From NCBI RefSeq assembly GCF_009914755.1, contig NC_060947.1: DNA of 64,000 bases; one strand, written 5' to 3'. The DNA is from the human T2T-CHM13v2.0 reference genome, Homo sapiens. Shown here piece after piece: positions 1 through 10,831 of the stretch. The first letter of the stretch is position 1; each line of letters starts with the position of its first letter. The position numbers and the translations under genes were made by a program. Below the pieces are notes generated by a model that was not told where the DNA came from, searched no databases, and saw only the letters and a program-made list of their open reading frames with translations.

Positions 1-329
1 CCAAGTATCAATGCAGTAAGACAAGCAAGAAGCATAATTAGTAATCTTGGTCCCTTTGAAGGTTTAAAGACATGTAACTCTCTCCTATTCTGAATTACCA
101 CCACTTGAAATACACTAGATGTTTTATTGGAGGCCAGATAGTTCAAGCCCTCACTTTAAAAGGGGAAGAGAGTCTTTTACAATATAATGTAATTTAGAAG
201 CAGAGGTGTCACTAGTTCAGTTTAGGCATCAAATCCTTCATGAAGCAACCCCAGATTATCAGTGCCCCCTCTAACTGTGGATATGCCTTTATTATACCCC
301 ACTGCAATAATCTGTAGACATTTCTGTGA

Positions 330-780
330 CATCATTGGATAGGGATTCCTCAAAGTCAAAGATTTTGTCTTAGTTATCTCTGTACTCTAAGGTTAAAGAT
401 GGAGCCCGGCTTAGGTGAGATACTCAGTAAATTCTTTTGGATTCAAAGAATGTGTAAATAAATGAAGAAAACCCAAGTCTCTTGATTCCCCAGTGCAAAG
501 TTATTCCATTGTATGGTTGCCCTTTATTCAAATTTCCAAAACAAAACCCCTTGAGAGTAATCTGTCTTTATGAAAAAAAGCTCTGAATTATTTACCAGAT
601 TTACACTTGTTTAATGCCTGCTTTGTACTTAGTAGCCTTGTGATTTTAGGTATTACATTAACCTCTGTGTCTCATTTCCTGAGATTGTAAAATGGGAGCA
701 ATAAATTCTACTTTGCCTCCTTTGCAGGATAGTAAGGCCTTGAAACAGTGGTCTTTAAAAGTCCTTCTGTCAATTCTAAA
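330..780. mobile_element. Degraded L2 3' end (about 330-450) and MIR fragment (about 620-780)
   Basis: L2-like tail (tactcagtaaattc...gaatg) and MIR core (acctctgtgtctcatttcct...tgtaaaatggg). Boundaries approximate. Confidence 0.5.
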
Positions 781-818
781 ATGCTTCATATGTATTGGAT
801 TAGAATTTTGGTGGCCAC

Positions 819-2059
819 CCAACTATATGGAAATTGAGTAACCTGTTCCTGAATGACTCTTGGGTAAATAATGAAATTAAGGGAGAAATCAAGATGTGCT
901 TTTAAACTGAAGAGAACAAAGATATAATGCACCCAGAATCTCTGGAATGCAGCTAAAGCAGTGTTAAGAGGGAAACTTATAGCACTAAATATCCACATAA
1001 AAAAGCTAGAAAAGTCTCAAGTTAACAACCTAACCTCAAAACTAAAAGATCTAGAGAACCAAGAGCAAACAAACTCCAAAGCTAGCAGAAGACAAGAAAT
1101 AGCTAAGATCAGAGCTAAACTGAAAAAGATAGAGACACAAAAACCCTTCAAAAATCAGCAAATTCAGGACCTGTTTTCCTGAAAAAATAAATACATAAAT
1201 AAATAAAACAGACCACTAGCTAGTCTAATAAAGAAGAAAAGAGAGAGGAACAAAATAATATAATCAGAAATGACAAGGAGGATATCACCACCTACTTCAC
1301 AGAAATACAAATAACCATCAGAGAATACTGTAAACACACGTATTGTGTGCACATGTATGCACATAAACCAGAAAATCTAGAAGAAATAGATGAATTCCTG
1401 GACACATACACCCTCCCAAGACTGAACCAGGAAGAAATTGAATCCCTGAATAGGTCAATAATGAGTTCTGAAATTAAGATAGCAATAAATAGCCTACCAA
1501 CCAATAAAAGCCCAGGACCAGATGGATTCATGGCCAAATTCTACCAGACTTACAAAGAAGAGATGGTAACATTCCTACTGAAACCATTTTAATAAATTGA
1601 AAAGAAAGGACTCTTCCCTAACCTATAGATTAAAGACTTAAATGTAAACCCCAAAACTACAAAAATCCTAGAAAAAAAATCAAGGCAATATCATTTAGGA
1701 CATCAGCTCAGGCAAAGACTTCATGACAAAAACGCCAAAAGCAATTGCAACAAAAGCAAAAATTGGCAAATAGGATTTAATTAAACTAAACAGCTCTGGG
1801 CAGCAAAATAAATTATCATCAGAGTGAACAGACAACCTACAAAACTGGAGAAATTTTTTGCAGTCTTTTCTTCTGACAAAGGTACAATATCAAGAGTCTA
1901 CAAGGAACTTAAACAAACGTACAAGAAGAAACAAACAACCCCACTGAAATGTTGGCAAAGGACATGGGATACATTGCAAAATTTGAGGAGTTTTGCAAAG
2001 GACTTCTCAAGAGAACACATACATGCAGCCAACAAACATATGAAAAAAAAGCACGACAT
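819..2059 (+). mobile_element. Older L1PA ORF2 fragment with about 1.36-kb internal deletion at about 1623
   Basis: ORF2 peptides (LRGKLIALN..., [16 protein letters not shown]..., NRQPTK...). At ccctaac|ctatagattaaagac the sequence jumps from the equivalent of 33263 to about 34628 of the full-length L1 in this window. Confidence 0.9.
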
Positions 2060-2293
2060 GAGGAGGAGCCAAGAAGGCCGAATAGGAACAGCTCGGGTCT
2101 ACAGCTCCCAGCGTGAGTGATGCAGAAGAGGGGTGATTTCTGCATTTCCATCTGAGGTACCGGGTTCATCTCACTAGGGCGTGCCAGACAGTGGGCGTAG
2201 GTCAGTGGATGTGCCCACCATGTGCAAGCCGAAGCAGGGCGAGGCATTGCCTCACTTGGGAAGCACAAGGGGTCAGGGAATTCCCTTTCTGAG

Positions 2294-2509
2294 TCAAAGA
2301 AAAGGGTGACGGAAGCACCTGGAAAATCGGGTCACTCCCACCCGAATACTGCGCTTTTCCCACCAGCTTAAAAAACGGCGCACCACGAGATTATATCCCG
2401 CACCTGGCTCGGAGGGTCCTACGCCCACAGAGTCTCTCTGATTGCTAGCACAGCAGTCTGAGATCAAACTGCAAGGTGGCAGTGAGGCTGGGGGAGGGGC
2501 GCCTGCCAT
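2294..2509 (-). CDS. ORF0: L1 ORF0 (71 aa, intact antisense ORF in the 5'UTR)
   Basis: ATG at 2509 (minus strand) gives MAGAPPPASLPPCSLISDCCASNQRDSVGVGPSEPGAGYNLVVRRFLSWWEKRSIRVGVTRFSRCFRHPFL*, matching the primate ORF0p sequence and length. Confidence 0.85.
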   Translation of the reverse strand: MAGAPPPASLPPCSLISDCCASNQRDSVGVGPSEPGAGYNLVVRRFLSWWEKRSIRVGVTRFSRCFRHPFL

Positions 2510-3324
2510 TGCCCAGGCTTGCTTAGGTAAACAAAGCAGCCGGGAAGCTCGAACTGGGGGGAGCCCACCACAGCTCAAGGAGGCCTGCCTGCCTCTGTAG
2601 GCTCCACCTCTGGGGGCAGGGCACAGACAAACAAAAAGACAGCAGTAACCTCTGCAGACTTAAATGTCCCTGTCTGACAGCTTTGAAGAGAGCAGTGGTT
2701 CTCCCAGCACGCAGCTGGAGATCTCAGAATGGGCAGACTGCCTCCTCAAGTGGTTCCCTGACCCCTGACCCCCTAGCAGCCTAACTGGGAGACACCCCCC
2801 AGCAGGGGCACACTGACACTTCACACGGCAGGGTATTCCAACAGACCTGCAGCTGAGGGTCCTGTCCGTTAGAAGGAAAACTAACAAACACAAAGGACAT
2901 CCACACCAAAAACCTATCTGTACATCACCATCATCAAAGACCAAAAGTAGATAAAACCACAAAGATGGGGAAAAAACAGAACAGAAAAACTGGAAACTCT
3001 AAAAAGCAGAGTGCCTCTCCTCCTCCAAAGGAACGCAGTTCCTCACCAGCAACGGAACTAAGCTGGATGGAGAATGACTTTGAGGAGCTGAGAGAAGAAG
3101 GCTTCAGATGATCAAATTACTCTGAGCTACGGGAGGACATTCAAACCAAAGGCAAAGAAGTAGAAAACTTTGAAAAAAATTTAGAAGAATGTATAACTAG
3201 AATAACCAATACAGAGAAGTGCTTAAAGGAGCTGATGGAGCTGAAAACCAAGGCTCGAGAACTATGTGAAGAATGCAGAAGCCTCAGGAGCTGATGAGAT
3301 CAACTGGAAGAAAGGGTATCAGCA

Positions 3325-4665
3325 ATGGAAGATGAAATGAATGAAATGAAGCGGGAAGGGAAGTTTAGAGAAAAAAGAATAAAAAGAAATGAGCAAAGCC
3401 TCCAAGAAATATGGGACTATGTGAAAAGACAAAATCTACGTCTGATTGGTGTACCTGATTTCAAACTATACTACAAGTCTACAGTAACCAAAACAGCATG
3501 GTACTGCTACCTAAACAGAGATATAGATCAAATAAACAGAACAGAGCCCTCAGAAATAACGCTGCATATCTACAACTATCTGATCTTTGACAAATCTGAC
3601 AAAAACAAGAAATGGGGAAAGGATTCCCTATTTAATAAATGGTGCTGGCAAAACTGGCTAGTCATATGTAGAAAGCTGAAACTGGATCCCTTCCTTACAC
3701 CTTATACAAAAATTAATTCAAGATGGATTAAAGACTTAAACGTTAGACCTAAAACCTTAAAAACCCTAGAAGAAAACCCAGGCATTACCATTCAGGATAT
3801 AGGCATGGGCAAGGACTTCATGTCTAAAACACCAAAAGCAATGGCAACAAAAGCCAAAATTGACAAATGGGATCTTATTAAACTAAGGAGTTTCTGCACA
3901 GCAAAAGAAACCTCCATCAGAGTGAACAGACAACCTACAAAATGGGAGATAATTTTTGCAACCTACTCATCTGACAAAGGGCTGATATCCAGAATCCACA
4001 ATGAACTCAAACAAATTTACAAGAAAAAACCAAACAACCCCATCAAAAAGTGGGCGAAGGACATGAACAGACACTTCTCAAAAGAAGACATTTATGCAGC
4101 CAAAAAACACATGAAAAAATGCTCACCATCACTGGCCATCAGAGAAATGCAAATCAAAACCACAATGAGATACCATCTTACACCAGTCAGAATGGCAATC
4201 ATCAAAAAGTCAGGAAACCACAGGTGCTGGAGAGGATGTGGAGAAATAGGAACACTTTTACACTGTTGGTGGGACTGTAAACTAGTTCAACCCTTGTGGA
4301 AGTCAGTGTGGCGATTCCTCAGGGATCTAGAACTAGAAATACCATTTCACCCAACCATCCCATTACTGGGTATATACCCAAAGGACTATAAATCATGCTG
4401 CTATAAAGACACATGCACACATATGTTTATTGTGGGACTATTCACAATAGCAAAGACTTGGAACCAACCCAAATGTCCAACAATGATAGACTGGATTAAG
4501 AAAATGTGGCACATATACACCATGGAATACTATGCAGCCATAAAAAATGATGAGTTCATGTCCTTTGTAGGGACATGGATGAAATTGGAAATCATCATTC
4601 TCAGTAAACTATTGCAAGGACAAAAAACCAAACACCGCATGTTCTCACTCATAGGTGGGAACTGA
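3325..4665 (+). CDS. In-frame L1 ORF1-ORF2 fusion ORF, 446 aa (ORF1p M121-P164 plus ORF2p C-terminal about 402 aa including the CCHC motif)
   Basis: ...NLRLIGVP (ORF1) | DFKLYYK... (ORF2) through [18 protein letters not shown] to ...SLIGGN*. No stop in 446 codons. Translation is not demonstrated. Confidence 0.6.
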   Translation: MEDEMNEMKREGKFREKRIKRNEQSLQEIWDYVKRQNLRLIGVPDFKLYYKSTVTKTAWYCYLNRDIDQINRTEPSEITLHIYNYLIFDKSDKNKKWGKDSLFNKWCWQNWLVICRKLKLDPFLTPYTKINSRWIKDLNVRPKTLKTLEENPGITIQDIGMGKDFMSKTPKAMATKAKIDKWDLIKLRSFCTAKETSIRVNRQPTKWEIIFATYSSDKGLISRIHNELKQIYKKKPNNPIKKWAKDMNRHFSKEDIYAAKKHMKKCSPSLAIREMQIKTTMRYHLTPVRMAIIKKSGNHRCWRGCGEIGTLLHCWWDCKLVQPLWKSVWRFLRDLELEIPFHPTIPLLGIYPKDYKSCCYKDTCTHMFIVGLFTIAKTWNQPKCPTMIDWIKKMWHIYTMEYYAAIKNDEFMSFVGTWMKLEIIILSKLLQGQKTKHRMFSLIGGN

Positions 4666-4890
4666 ACAATGAGAACACATGGACACAGGAAGGGGAACAT
4701 CACACTCTGGGGACTGTTGTGGGGTGGGGGGAGCAGGGATGGATAGCATTGGGAGATATACCTAATGCTAAATGACGAGTTAATGGGTGCAGCACACCAG
4801 CATGGCACATGTATACATATGTAACTAACCTGCACATTGTGCACATGTACCCTAAAACTTAAAGTATAATAATAATAAAATAAAAAAAAC

Positions 4891-4990
4891 CCATAAACAA
4901 CCCAATGACCATCAACAGGTGAATGGATGAACAAACTCAGCGTGTTCATATAATGGAATATTACTTGACAATTAAAAGGAATAAACTATT
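4891..4990 (+). mobile_element. Old L1M ORF2 3' fragment
   Basis: aaacaacccaatgaccatcaacaggtgaatggatgaacaaac...atggaatattac resembles the L1M ORF2 end. Confidence 0.6.
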
Positions 4991-5273
4991 AAAAAAAATA
5001 CCATGTGCCCACCAAAAAACGGTAGAGAGGGAGAGATGCTAATGGAGTTACCGCCTGCAGCATTTGCCTACTTTTACTGACACACCTGTTTCCTTGGGTT
5101 GTAAAAATTCCTGCACATTACATACATAGACAGAATAGACACAGCAACCGTGGATAAAAAAGAAAGGGAAATTTGATGACAGGGTAGTCGTAAGAGAGCC
5201 TTGAGTTTAAAGGACAGATCTGAGGTGGAGATTCATTCCATTCTCACCACTCCAGTGAATGTTATACCTTGGT

Positions 5274-5291
5274 TTCCCAGTCAACACACCA
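5274..5291 (-). promoter_or_regulatory. Retroviral primer-binding site, tRNA-Gly-like
   Basis: Minus strand TGGTGTGTTGACTGGGAA lies 3 nt after the LTR end. It matches TGGTGCGTTGGCCGGGAA (complement of the tRNA-Gly 3' end) at 15/18, and two mismatches are CpG decay. Confidence 0.65.
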
Positions 5292-5787
5292 CAATGTTAT
5301 TGCTCTGATGAGTAGAGAAACACTGGGGTCCTTTGTCTCATGCCAATTAAATGACACGAACACACGTAGAGTGGTTTTAAGGAGCAAAGAGTTTAATAAG
5401 CAAGAAAGAAGGAAACAGCTCCCCTATACAGAGACAGAGGGAGGGGGGCTCCGAACGGAGAGAAAAAGCCCTGTGTGTGGCAGGAAAGTAGTAGGTTATA
5501 TTGGGAGGCTGGAGAAGGCAGTGTCTGATTTGCATAGGGCTCAGGGGATTAGTTTGACCAGGTTTGCCATTCATGTAGCACATGACGAAACTGACCCTCT
5601 CATCCTAGCTTTTTAATATGCAAATGCAGGTTGCTATGATGTCTTGCAGATGTGGAGTCATCTGGAAGTGGCCATGATGCTTGGCACACGCGATGACAAG
5701 AAGAAGAGGGCAGGAATTGCCATGTTGGATGAACACAGATTCTAACTGCTGGCATTTACATTTCAAAGTTTGCTGGCCTGGCTTTTC

Positions 5788-6880
5788 TTTTTTCTTTTTT
5801 TTCTTTTTTATTGTATTTTAAGTTCTAGGGTACATGTGCACAATGTGCAGGTTTGATACATATGTATACATGTGCCATGTTGGTTTGCTGCACTCATCAA
5901 CTCATCATTTACATTAGGTATTTCTCCTAATGCTATCCCTCCCCCAGATCCCCACCCCACGACAGGCCCCGGTGTGTGATGTTCCCTGCCCTGTGTCCAA
6001 GTGATCTCATTTTTCAATTCCCACCTATGAGTAAGAACATGCGGTGTTTGATTTTCTGTCCTTGTGATAGTTTGCTGAGAATGATGGTTTCTAGCTTCAT
6101 CCATGTCCCTGCAAAGGACATGAACTCATCCTTTTTTATGGCTGCATAGCATTCCATGGTGCATATATGCCACATTTTCTTAATCCAGTTTATCATTGAT
6201 GGACATTTGGGTTGGTTCCAAGTCTTTGCTATTGTGAATAGTGCCACAATAAACATATGTGTGCATGTGTCTTTATAGTAGCATGATTTATAATCCTTTG
6301 GGTACATACCCAGTAATGGGATTACTGGGTCAAACGGTTATTCTAGTTCTAGATTCTTGAGAAATTGCCACACTGTCTTCCACAGTGGTTGAACTATTTT
6401 ACACTCCTACCAACAGTGTAAAAGCGTTCCTATTTCTCCAGATCGTCTCCAGCATCTGTTGTTTCCTGACTCTTTAATGATTGCCATTCTAACTGGAGTG
6501 AGATGGTATCTCATTTTAGTTTTGATTTGCATTTCTCTGATGACCAGTGTTAATGAGCATTTTTTCATGTGTCTGTTGGCTGCATCAATATCTTCTTTTG
6601 AGAAGTGTCTGTTCATATTCTTTGCCCACTTTTTGATGGGGTTGTTTGTCTTTTTCTTGTAAATTTGTTTGAGATATTTGTAGGTTCTGGATATTAGGCC
6701 TTTGTCAGATGGGTTGATTGCAAAAATTGTCTCCCATTCTGTAGGTTGCCTGTTCACTCTAATGGTAGTTTCTTTTGCCATGCAGAAGCTCTTTAGTTTA
6801 GTTAGATTCCATTTGTCTATTTTGGCTTTTGTTGCCATTGCTTTTTGTGTTTTAGTCATGAAATCCTTGCCCATGGCTGT
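5788..6880 (-). mobile_element. 5'-truncated L1PA (about L1PA7) inserted in the LTR, 11-bp TSD
   Basis: Poly(T) from 5788, 3'UTR and ORF2 C-terminal peptides. TSD cctggcttttc at 5777-5787 and 6881-6891. Confidence 0.92.
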
Positions 6881-7239
6881 CCTGGCTTTTCAAGACCCTT
6901 TTGTATTAAAAAAAGAAATGTTTTGGGAGCTTCCTTTATTAAAAGAAAAAAAAAAACTTACTGAAGACTCCTTACCCTCTCTATCTGCCTAAAATGACTT
7001 CTTAATAACCCCTGTGTTAGTTTCAGTTACTATTTTATTACGAATAGGTACAAAATACCTCTAAGATTCCCACCCCCAATCTCAGAATCATTTACTGAGA
7101 TTAAAGTTTTAGATGATGTGTTGTATCTTTGCTTACTTCTATACACACTCCATGTATGGTTTGAAACATAAAAGTCAAAAATAGCTTTACTTTTATGTGT
7201 AATGACAGTGATGGATATCAAAGGATATTTCAGCTAGAA

Positions 7240-7850
7240 AATCCCTTAGAATATTTACTCTAACCTCCTCATTGAGCAGATAGGAATACTGAGGCCCAGA
7301 AAGGAGTAAGCACTCACTGTAGTTTACATTTGATTACATTGTAATTTAGAGGCAAAACAGGATTCAGAAGTCATATTCACAACTCACAATTGTTAAAAGA
7401 CAAAGATTGGGACACTCAGTTTTCTGAACCAAAAGAAATAAGCAGATTGATTAGATGTCTCTCAGGAATCTTCCAGCTTGGAGATTCCAAAATTAGATAG
7501 TCAGCTAAGAGCAAACATTCATTTGTTCATTTATTCATTCAGTTTGTGTTTATTGAAGGCCTACTCTGTGTCAAGAAAGATTAGAGAATGCCCACCAGAA
7601 AACCCTTCTTTCTTTTCAGGGAGGGAAGAATAAGCCCATAGTCAGAAGGATGACAAATTGCAGAAACTGAAGACAGGGAAAAGAGCCCTAGAGTAGACAG
7701 CAATTAGGAATCTTGGTTTCTAGTGACAACTTATCCTTTTTGGCTATAGCCTGTCCCTCTCTTTGTCTTAGTGTCCCCATGTATGAGAAGGTGGGCTTAG
7801 AACTCCTTGTTCTCTGCCACTGTCACTGCTTTTGATTTTGTGATTTAAAT
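7240..7850. mobile_element. MIR and L2 fragments
   Basis: MIR core (actgaggcccaga, about 7288) and L2 tail (cattcatttgttcatttattcattc...tttattgaaggcctactctgtg, about 7517-7575). Confidence 0.5.
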
Positions 7851-8099
7851 CCTGTAAGAGCACAAAACAAAATCACTTCAATGTATACTAACATGTTAAA
7901 TGACTGATAGATAATTTCCTGAATTCCAGCTTAATGGAGGTGGTGAGGAGGACATTGCAGGAAAACAGCAGATGTCTGAGCTCTCTAGATCCAGTTAGCA
8001 GTCCTCTCTGACCCTCTGTTTCCTTCTTTGAATACTGTGGAGGTTGGATAAGCTATTCTCTGAGCACTTCTCTCTGTTATACATTCTGCTCAGACTCTC

Positions 8100-8417
8100 T
8101 CAGTATTCTATCATTGCTACTACCACAGCTATTTGAGAAAGTGGTCAAAGTTAACCTGGAGGAAGAGGCAAGAGCCTTAGGTGGGGACAAAATTGCTTTC
8201 TTCAAATAGCTAAAAGGCTATCATGTGGAAAATAAATTAGGCTGATTATAGAAGCCTCTAGGAGAGAACTGTGACCATGGGTGAAAGTTAGAGAGGCAGA
8301 TTTCGTCTCTTTAGAAGGCTGCATTTGCTAACATGCAGAATTATCCTAATGGAGATTGGGCTAACTCCACAGTTAAAAGCTCTGGACATTCTCCTCAGAT
8401 AAACACACAGACATACA

Positions 8418-8466
<49 letters not shown>

Positions 8467-8743
8467 TGTACTCACAGCTGGACTTATTTATGAAGGAAGA
8501 GGCAGAAGGCTGCCTCTCCTGCCCTCTCCCCACATCTCCAAGATTAACTGTTTCCTTGTTCTTTTTCCTGCCTCTCCTACTGCTTTTATTGCAATAAAAT
8601 ATGCCCTGAGGAGAAGGCAACCCAGGAAAAGCCGTATCTTCCAAATAGGTACTGTGGTGCTGGTGCTGCTTGCATTGTTTCTACCCATCTCAGCATCTCA
8701 GTGTTTCCTCTCTGAGTTGTCAGGGACAGTTTTTTATTCATTT

Positions 8744-8775
<32 letters not shown>

Positions 8776-9130
8776 CCACCTACAAGGCTCTATCTACCTC
8801 ATAGTCTTGACAAAATGAGACCCAAGGAAACATATGAACATAGTCTTAAACTATCTGGACAGTTGTCATGAGAAAGAGTAATTACACTGATTATGTGTGA
8901 TCCCAGAGAGCTAAAGTAGAGTCATAGGTTGGAAATCACTAGAAAGCAAGTTTTGGCTCAGTGGAAAGCTGAACGTCTCAAGTTTACAATAGAAAAGGCA
9001 GCTGTGGGGTACCATCTTCTCTCTCTGAAGGAGTGCAAGTGGAAGCTAGGTGACCCTTTGGAAATGGAATGCCTTTACTGGATAAAGAGATGGCATAATT
9101 GACAGCCACGGAACTCCTTAATTCAAGAAT
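8100..9130 (+). mobile_element. L3/CR1-like 3' fragments (about 8100-8390 and about 8830-9130)
   Basis: Motifs such as gctttcttcaaatagctaaaaggctatcatgtggaa and gtcttaaactatctggacagttgtcatgagaaagag resemble L3/CR1 3' ends. Confidence 0.5.
8402..8465. repeat. (CA)n microsatellite
   Basis: Direct reading. A (CT)n tract follows at about 8744-8772. Confidence 0.95.
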
Positions 9131-9181
9131 TCACTCTGATTGTCTCATTGGTTTCTACTATCCCCAGTCACCAGCAGTTGG

Positions 9182-9465
9182 CAACAACAAGGTAATCTCT
9201 GTCCTCATTTGAAATAAGGTTTTTCCTTCTACTTCTTGTCTCTTTCTGGTAATGGAGCTGCTGCTGATCCTCTAGAGTTGGGAGGACCAGGCTAGAGAGG
9301 TTTCCCAGCCAGTCCTGCTACATCAACAACAAGGTAATCTCTGTCCTCATTTGAAATAAGGTTTTTCCTTCTACTGCTTGTCTCTTTCTGGTAATGGAGC
9401 TGCTGCTGATCCTCTAGAGTTGGGAGGACCAGGCTAGAGAGGTTTCCCAGCCAGTCCTGCTACAT
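9182..9465. repeat. Tandem duplication, 2 x 142 bp, one mismatch
   Basis: Copy 1 at 9182-9323 and copy 2 at 9324-9465 (caacaacaagg...cctgctacat). The only difference is T9234 vs G9376. Confidence 0.97.
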
Positions 9466-10772
9466 TATTTCATGGATTCCTGCAGAGATAACCTTCTAGA
9501 GCTGCATTTGACCATAGCCACACTGACCACAACTTGGCATAACCCTCTGTGACCCCTTAGACAAGGCACTTTTTTTATTGTTTTAGATCAGGGAACTGAG
9601 GCAACAGGGCATGCGGCAAAAACAGCGTTTGGATGTGAAAAGTTGTGAAATTAGGTGTGAGGTGTCATAGATTGCTTTTGGCCACAGCAGGGAGGATGAC
9701 ATATGGGGATAAAATCAGCATCTGGCTCTGGATCCCTGTAGGACAATGTGTCAAGCAGCTGAAGGTACTATCGCCAATAGAAGTTTTTGGATCTGGTAAC
9801 ATAAGCTGGTGATCCTTGCACAGCATCCAGTGGACATGGCTATTTGGTCATGTCCCTTACGGTCTATCAGTACCAGAGGGGACAATCTGGTGGGCACTCC
9901 AGTGCCGGGAAATCTTGGTGGAAATTAGAAGGGGCTGACCATCACTAGCAAGCCAGTCCATAGGTGACAGGAACCCAGGAATTAGATAAAAGTTTTAAGC
10001 AGGCACCAGTCCTGAACAGGGATTTAGTCACTAATAGGGTGACTGAAGAAAGATGAGGAGTTGAGGCCAAAGTTAGATTAAGGCAGGGAAAAACATGGTA
10101 AGTAGCTAGCTTAGGACTTCTGATCTGAGTGAGACCCAATAGATGCTGACACCAATGGGGAGCTTTGCAGTTCTTCCTGGCTCCCTGGACCCTGAGTTTG
10201 GAAGGAAAATGTCACCCAAGTTCCACTGAATGCTGAGGCTTACTGTAGTGGGTGTGGTATTTTCCTTTCCTTGTCAGCATTTGAGCAGAAACTGGGGCAT
10301 CCAGGAAGAGCTGAGATCTGCACTGAGGGCCAAGGAACCAAGGCAGGAGCTGTCACTGGAGGTCTAATGAAAGATGTAGGAACTTTATGCCTGATATGTG
10401 TGTGGTTTTTGTTTCTTTGGTTGCTTCTTTTTGTGTTTATGACTGAGAAGGTGGAGGAGGGAAGTGGTGGTGAGTTTAGAGGAGAGAGAAAATTCACAAT
10501 ATGAAAGTAGCTGTGCAGAAAGTGAATGTTCTGCAGTGACTAAGACTGAGTACCTTCAGGAAAAAAGCAGTTGTAAGAACTGGGAGCTATTTTGCTTGAG
10601 CTGAGACTTCTTGATTGTTACAGGACTGGAATGAATTTCAGAGGCTCCAAAAGATAACTTTCTGCTGTATTTGATACAGGCTTTTCTAATATACAGAACT
10701 ATGCAAACTTGACGTGGGGGGCAATGGGTGGAGGTGGGCTCCCTGCCCTGATATATACACAACCATTTTGTT

Positions 10773-10831
10773 TGGATTCAACCTTTTCTCCAGTGGCTGA
10801 GTCTCAAGCCCTGGAGAAAAGGTTGAATCCA
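10773..10831. repeat. Inverted repeat / hairpin with a perfect 21-bp stem
   Basis: tggattcaaccttttctccag (10773-10793) is the exact reverse complement of ctggagaaaaggttgaatcca (10811-10831). Inner ggct/agcc pairs extend it around an 8-nt loop. Confidence 0.95.

Larger units (their letters stand above)
2060..4890 (+). mobile_element. L1PA3-like LINE-1 with complete 5'UTR, about 3.2-kb internal deletion (ORF1 3' half to ORF2 RT), 3'UTR and poly(A)
   Basis: 5'UTR starts gaggaggagccaag. ORF1 ATG at 2965 with in-frame TGA at 3109, 3292 and 3295. Deletion junction at tacctga 3452-3458. 3'UTR diagnostic gctaaatgacgag. A-rich tail about 4862-4890. No TSD found. Confidence 0.93.
5010..7024 (-). mobile_element. 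ERV1-class (MER61/MER83-like) 5' LTR (5295-7024, split by an L1) plus short internal leader (about 5010-5294)
   Basis: The minus strand begins tga...aggggttattaagaagtcattttaggcagatagagagggtaaggagtc, contains cccctgagccctatgcaaatcagacac and ends ...aca followed by a PBS. Exact family uncertain. Confidence 0.75.

Noticed and set aside
8288-8818. ORFs with HTHT/CVCV runs (also near 11581, 26339, 38949)
   Set aside because: Translations of (CA)n/(TG)n microsatellites.
9182-9465. CRISPR-like or functional repeat array
   Set aside because: Only two contiguous copies with no spacers, in mammalian DNA; a simple tandem duplication.
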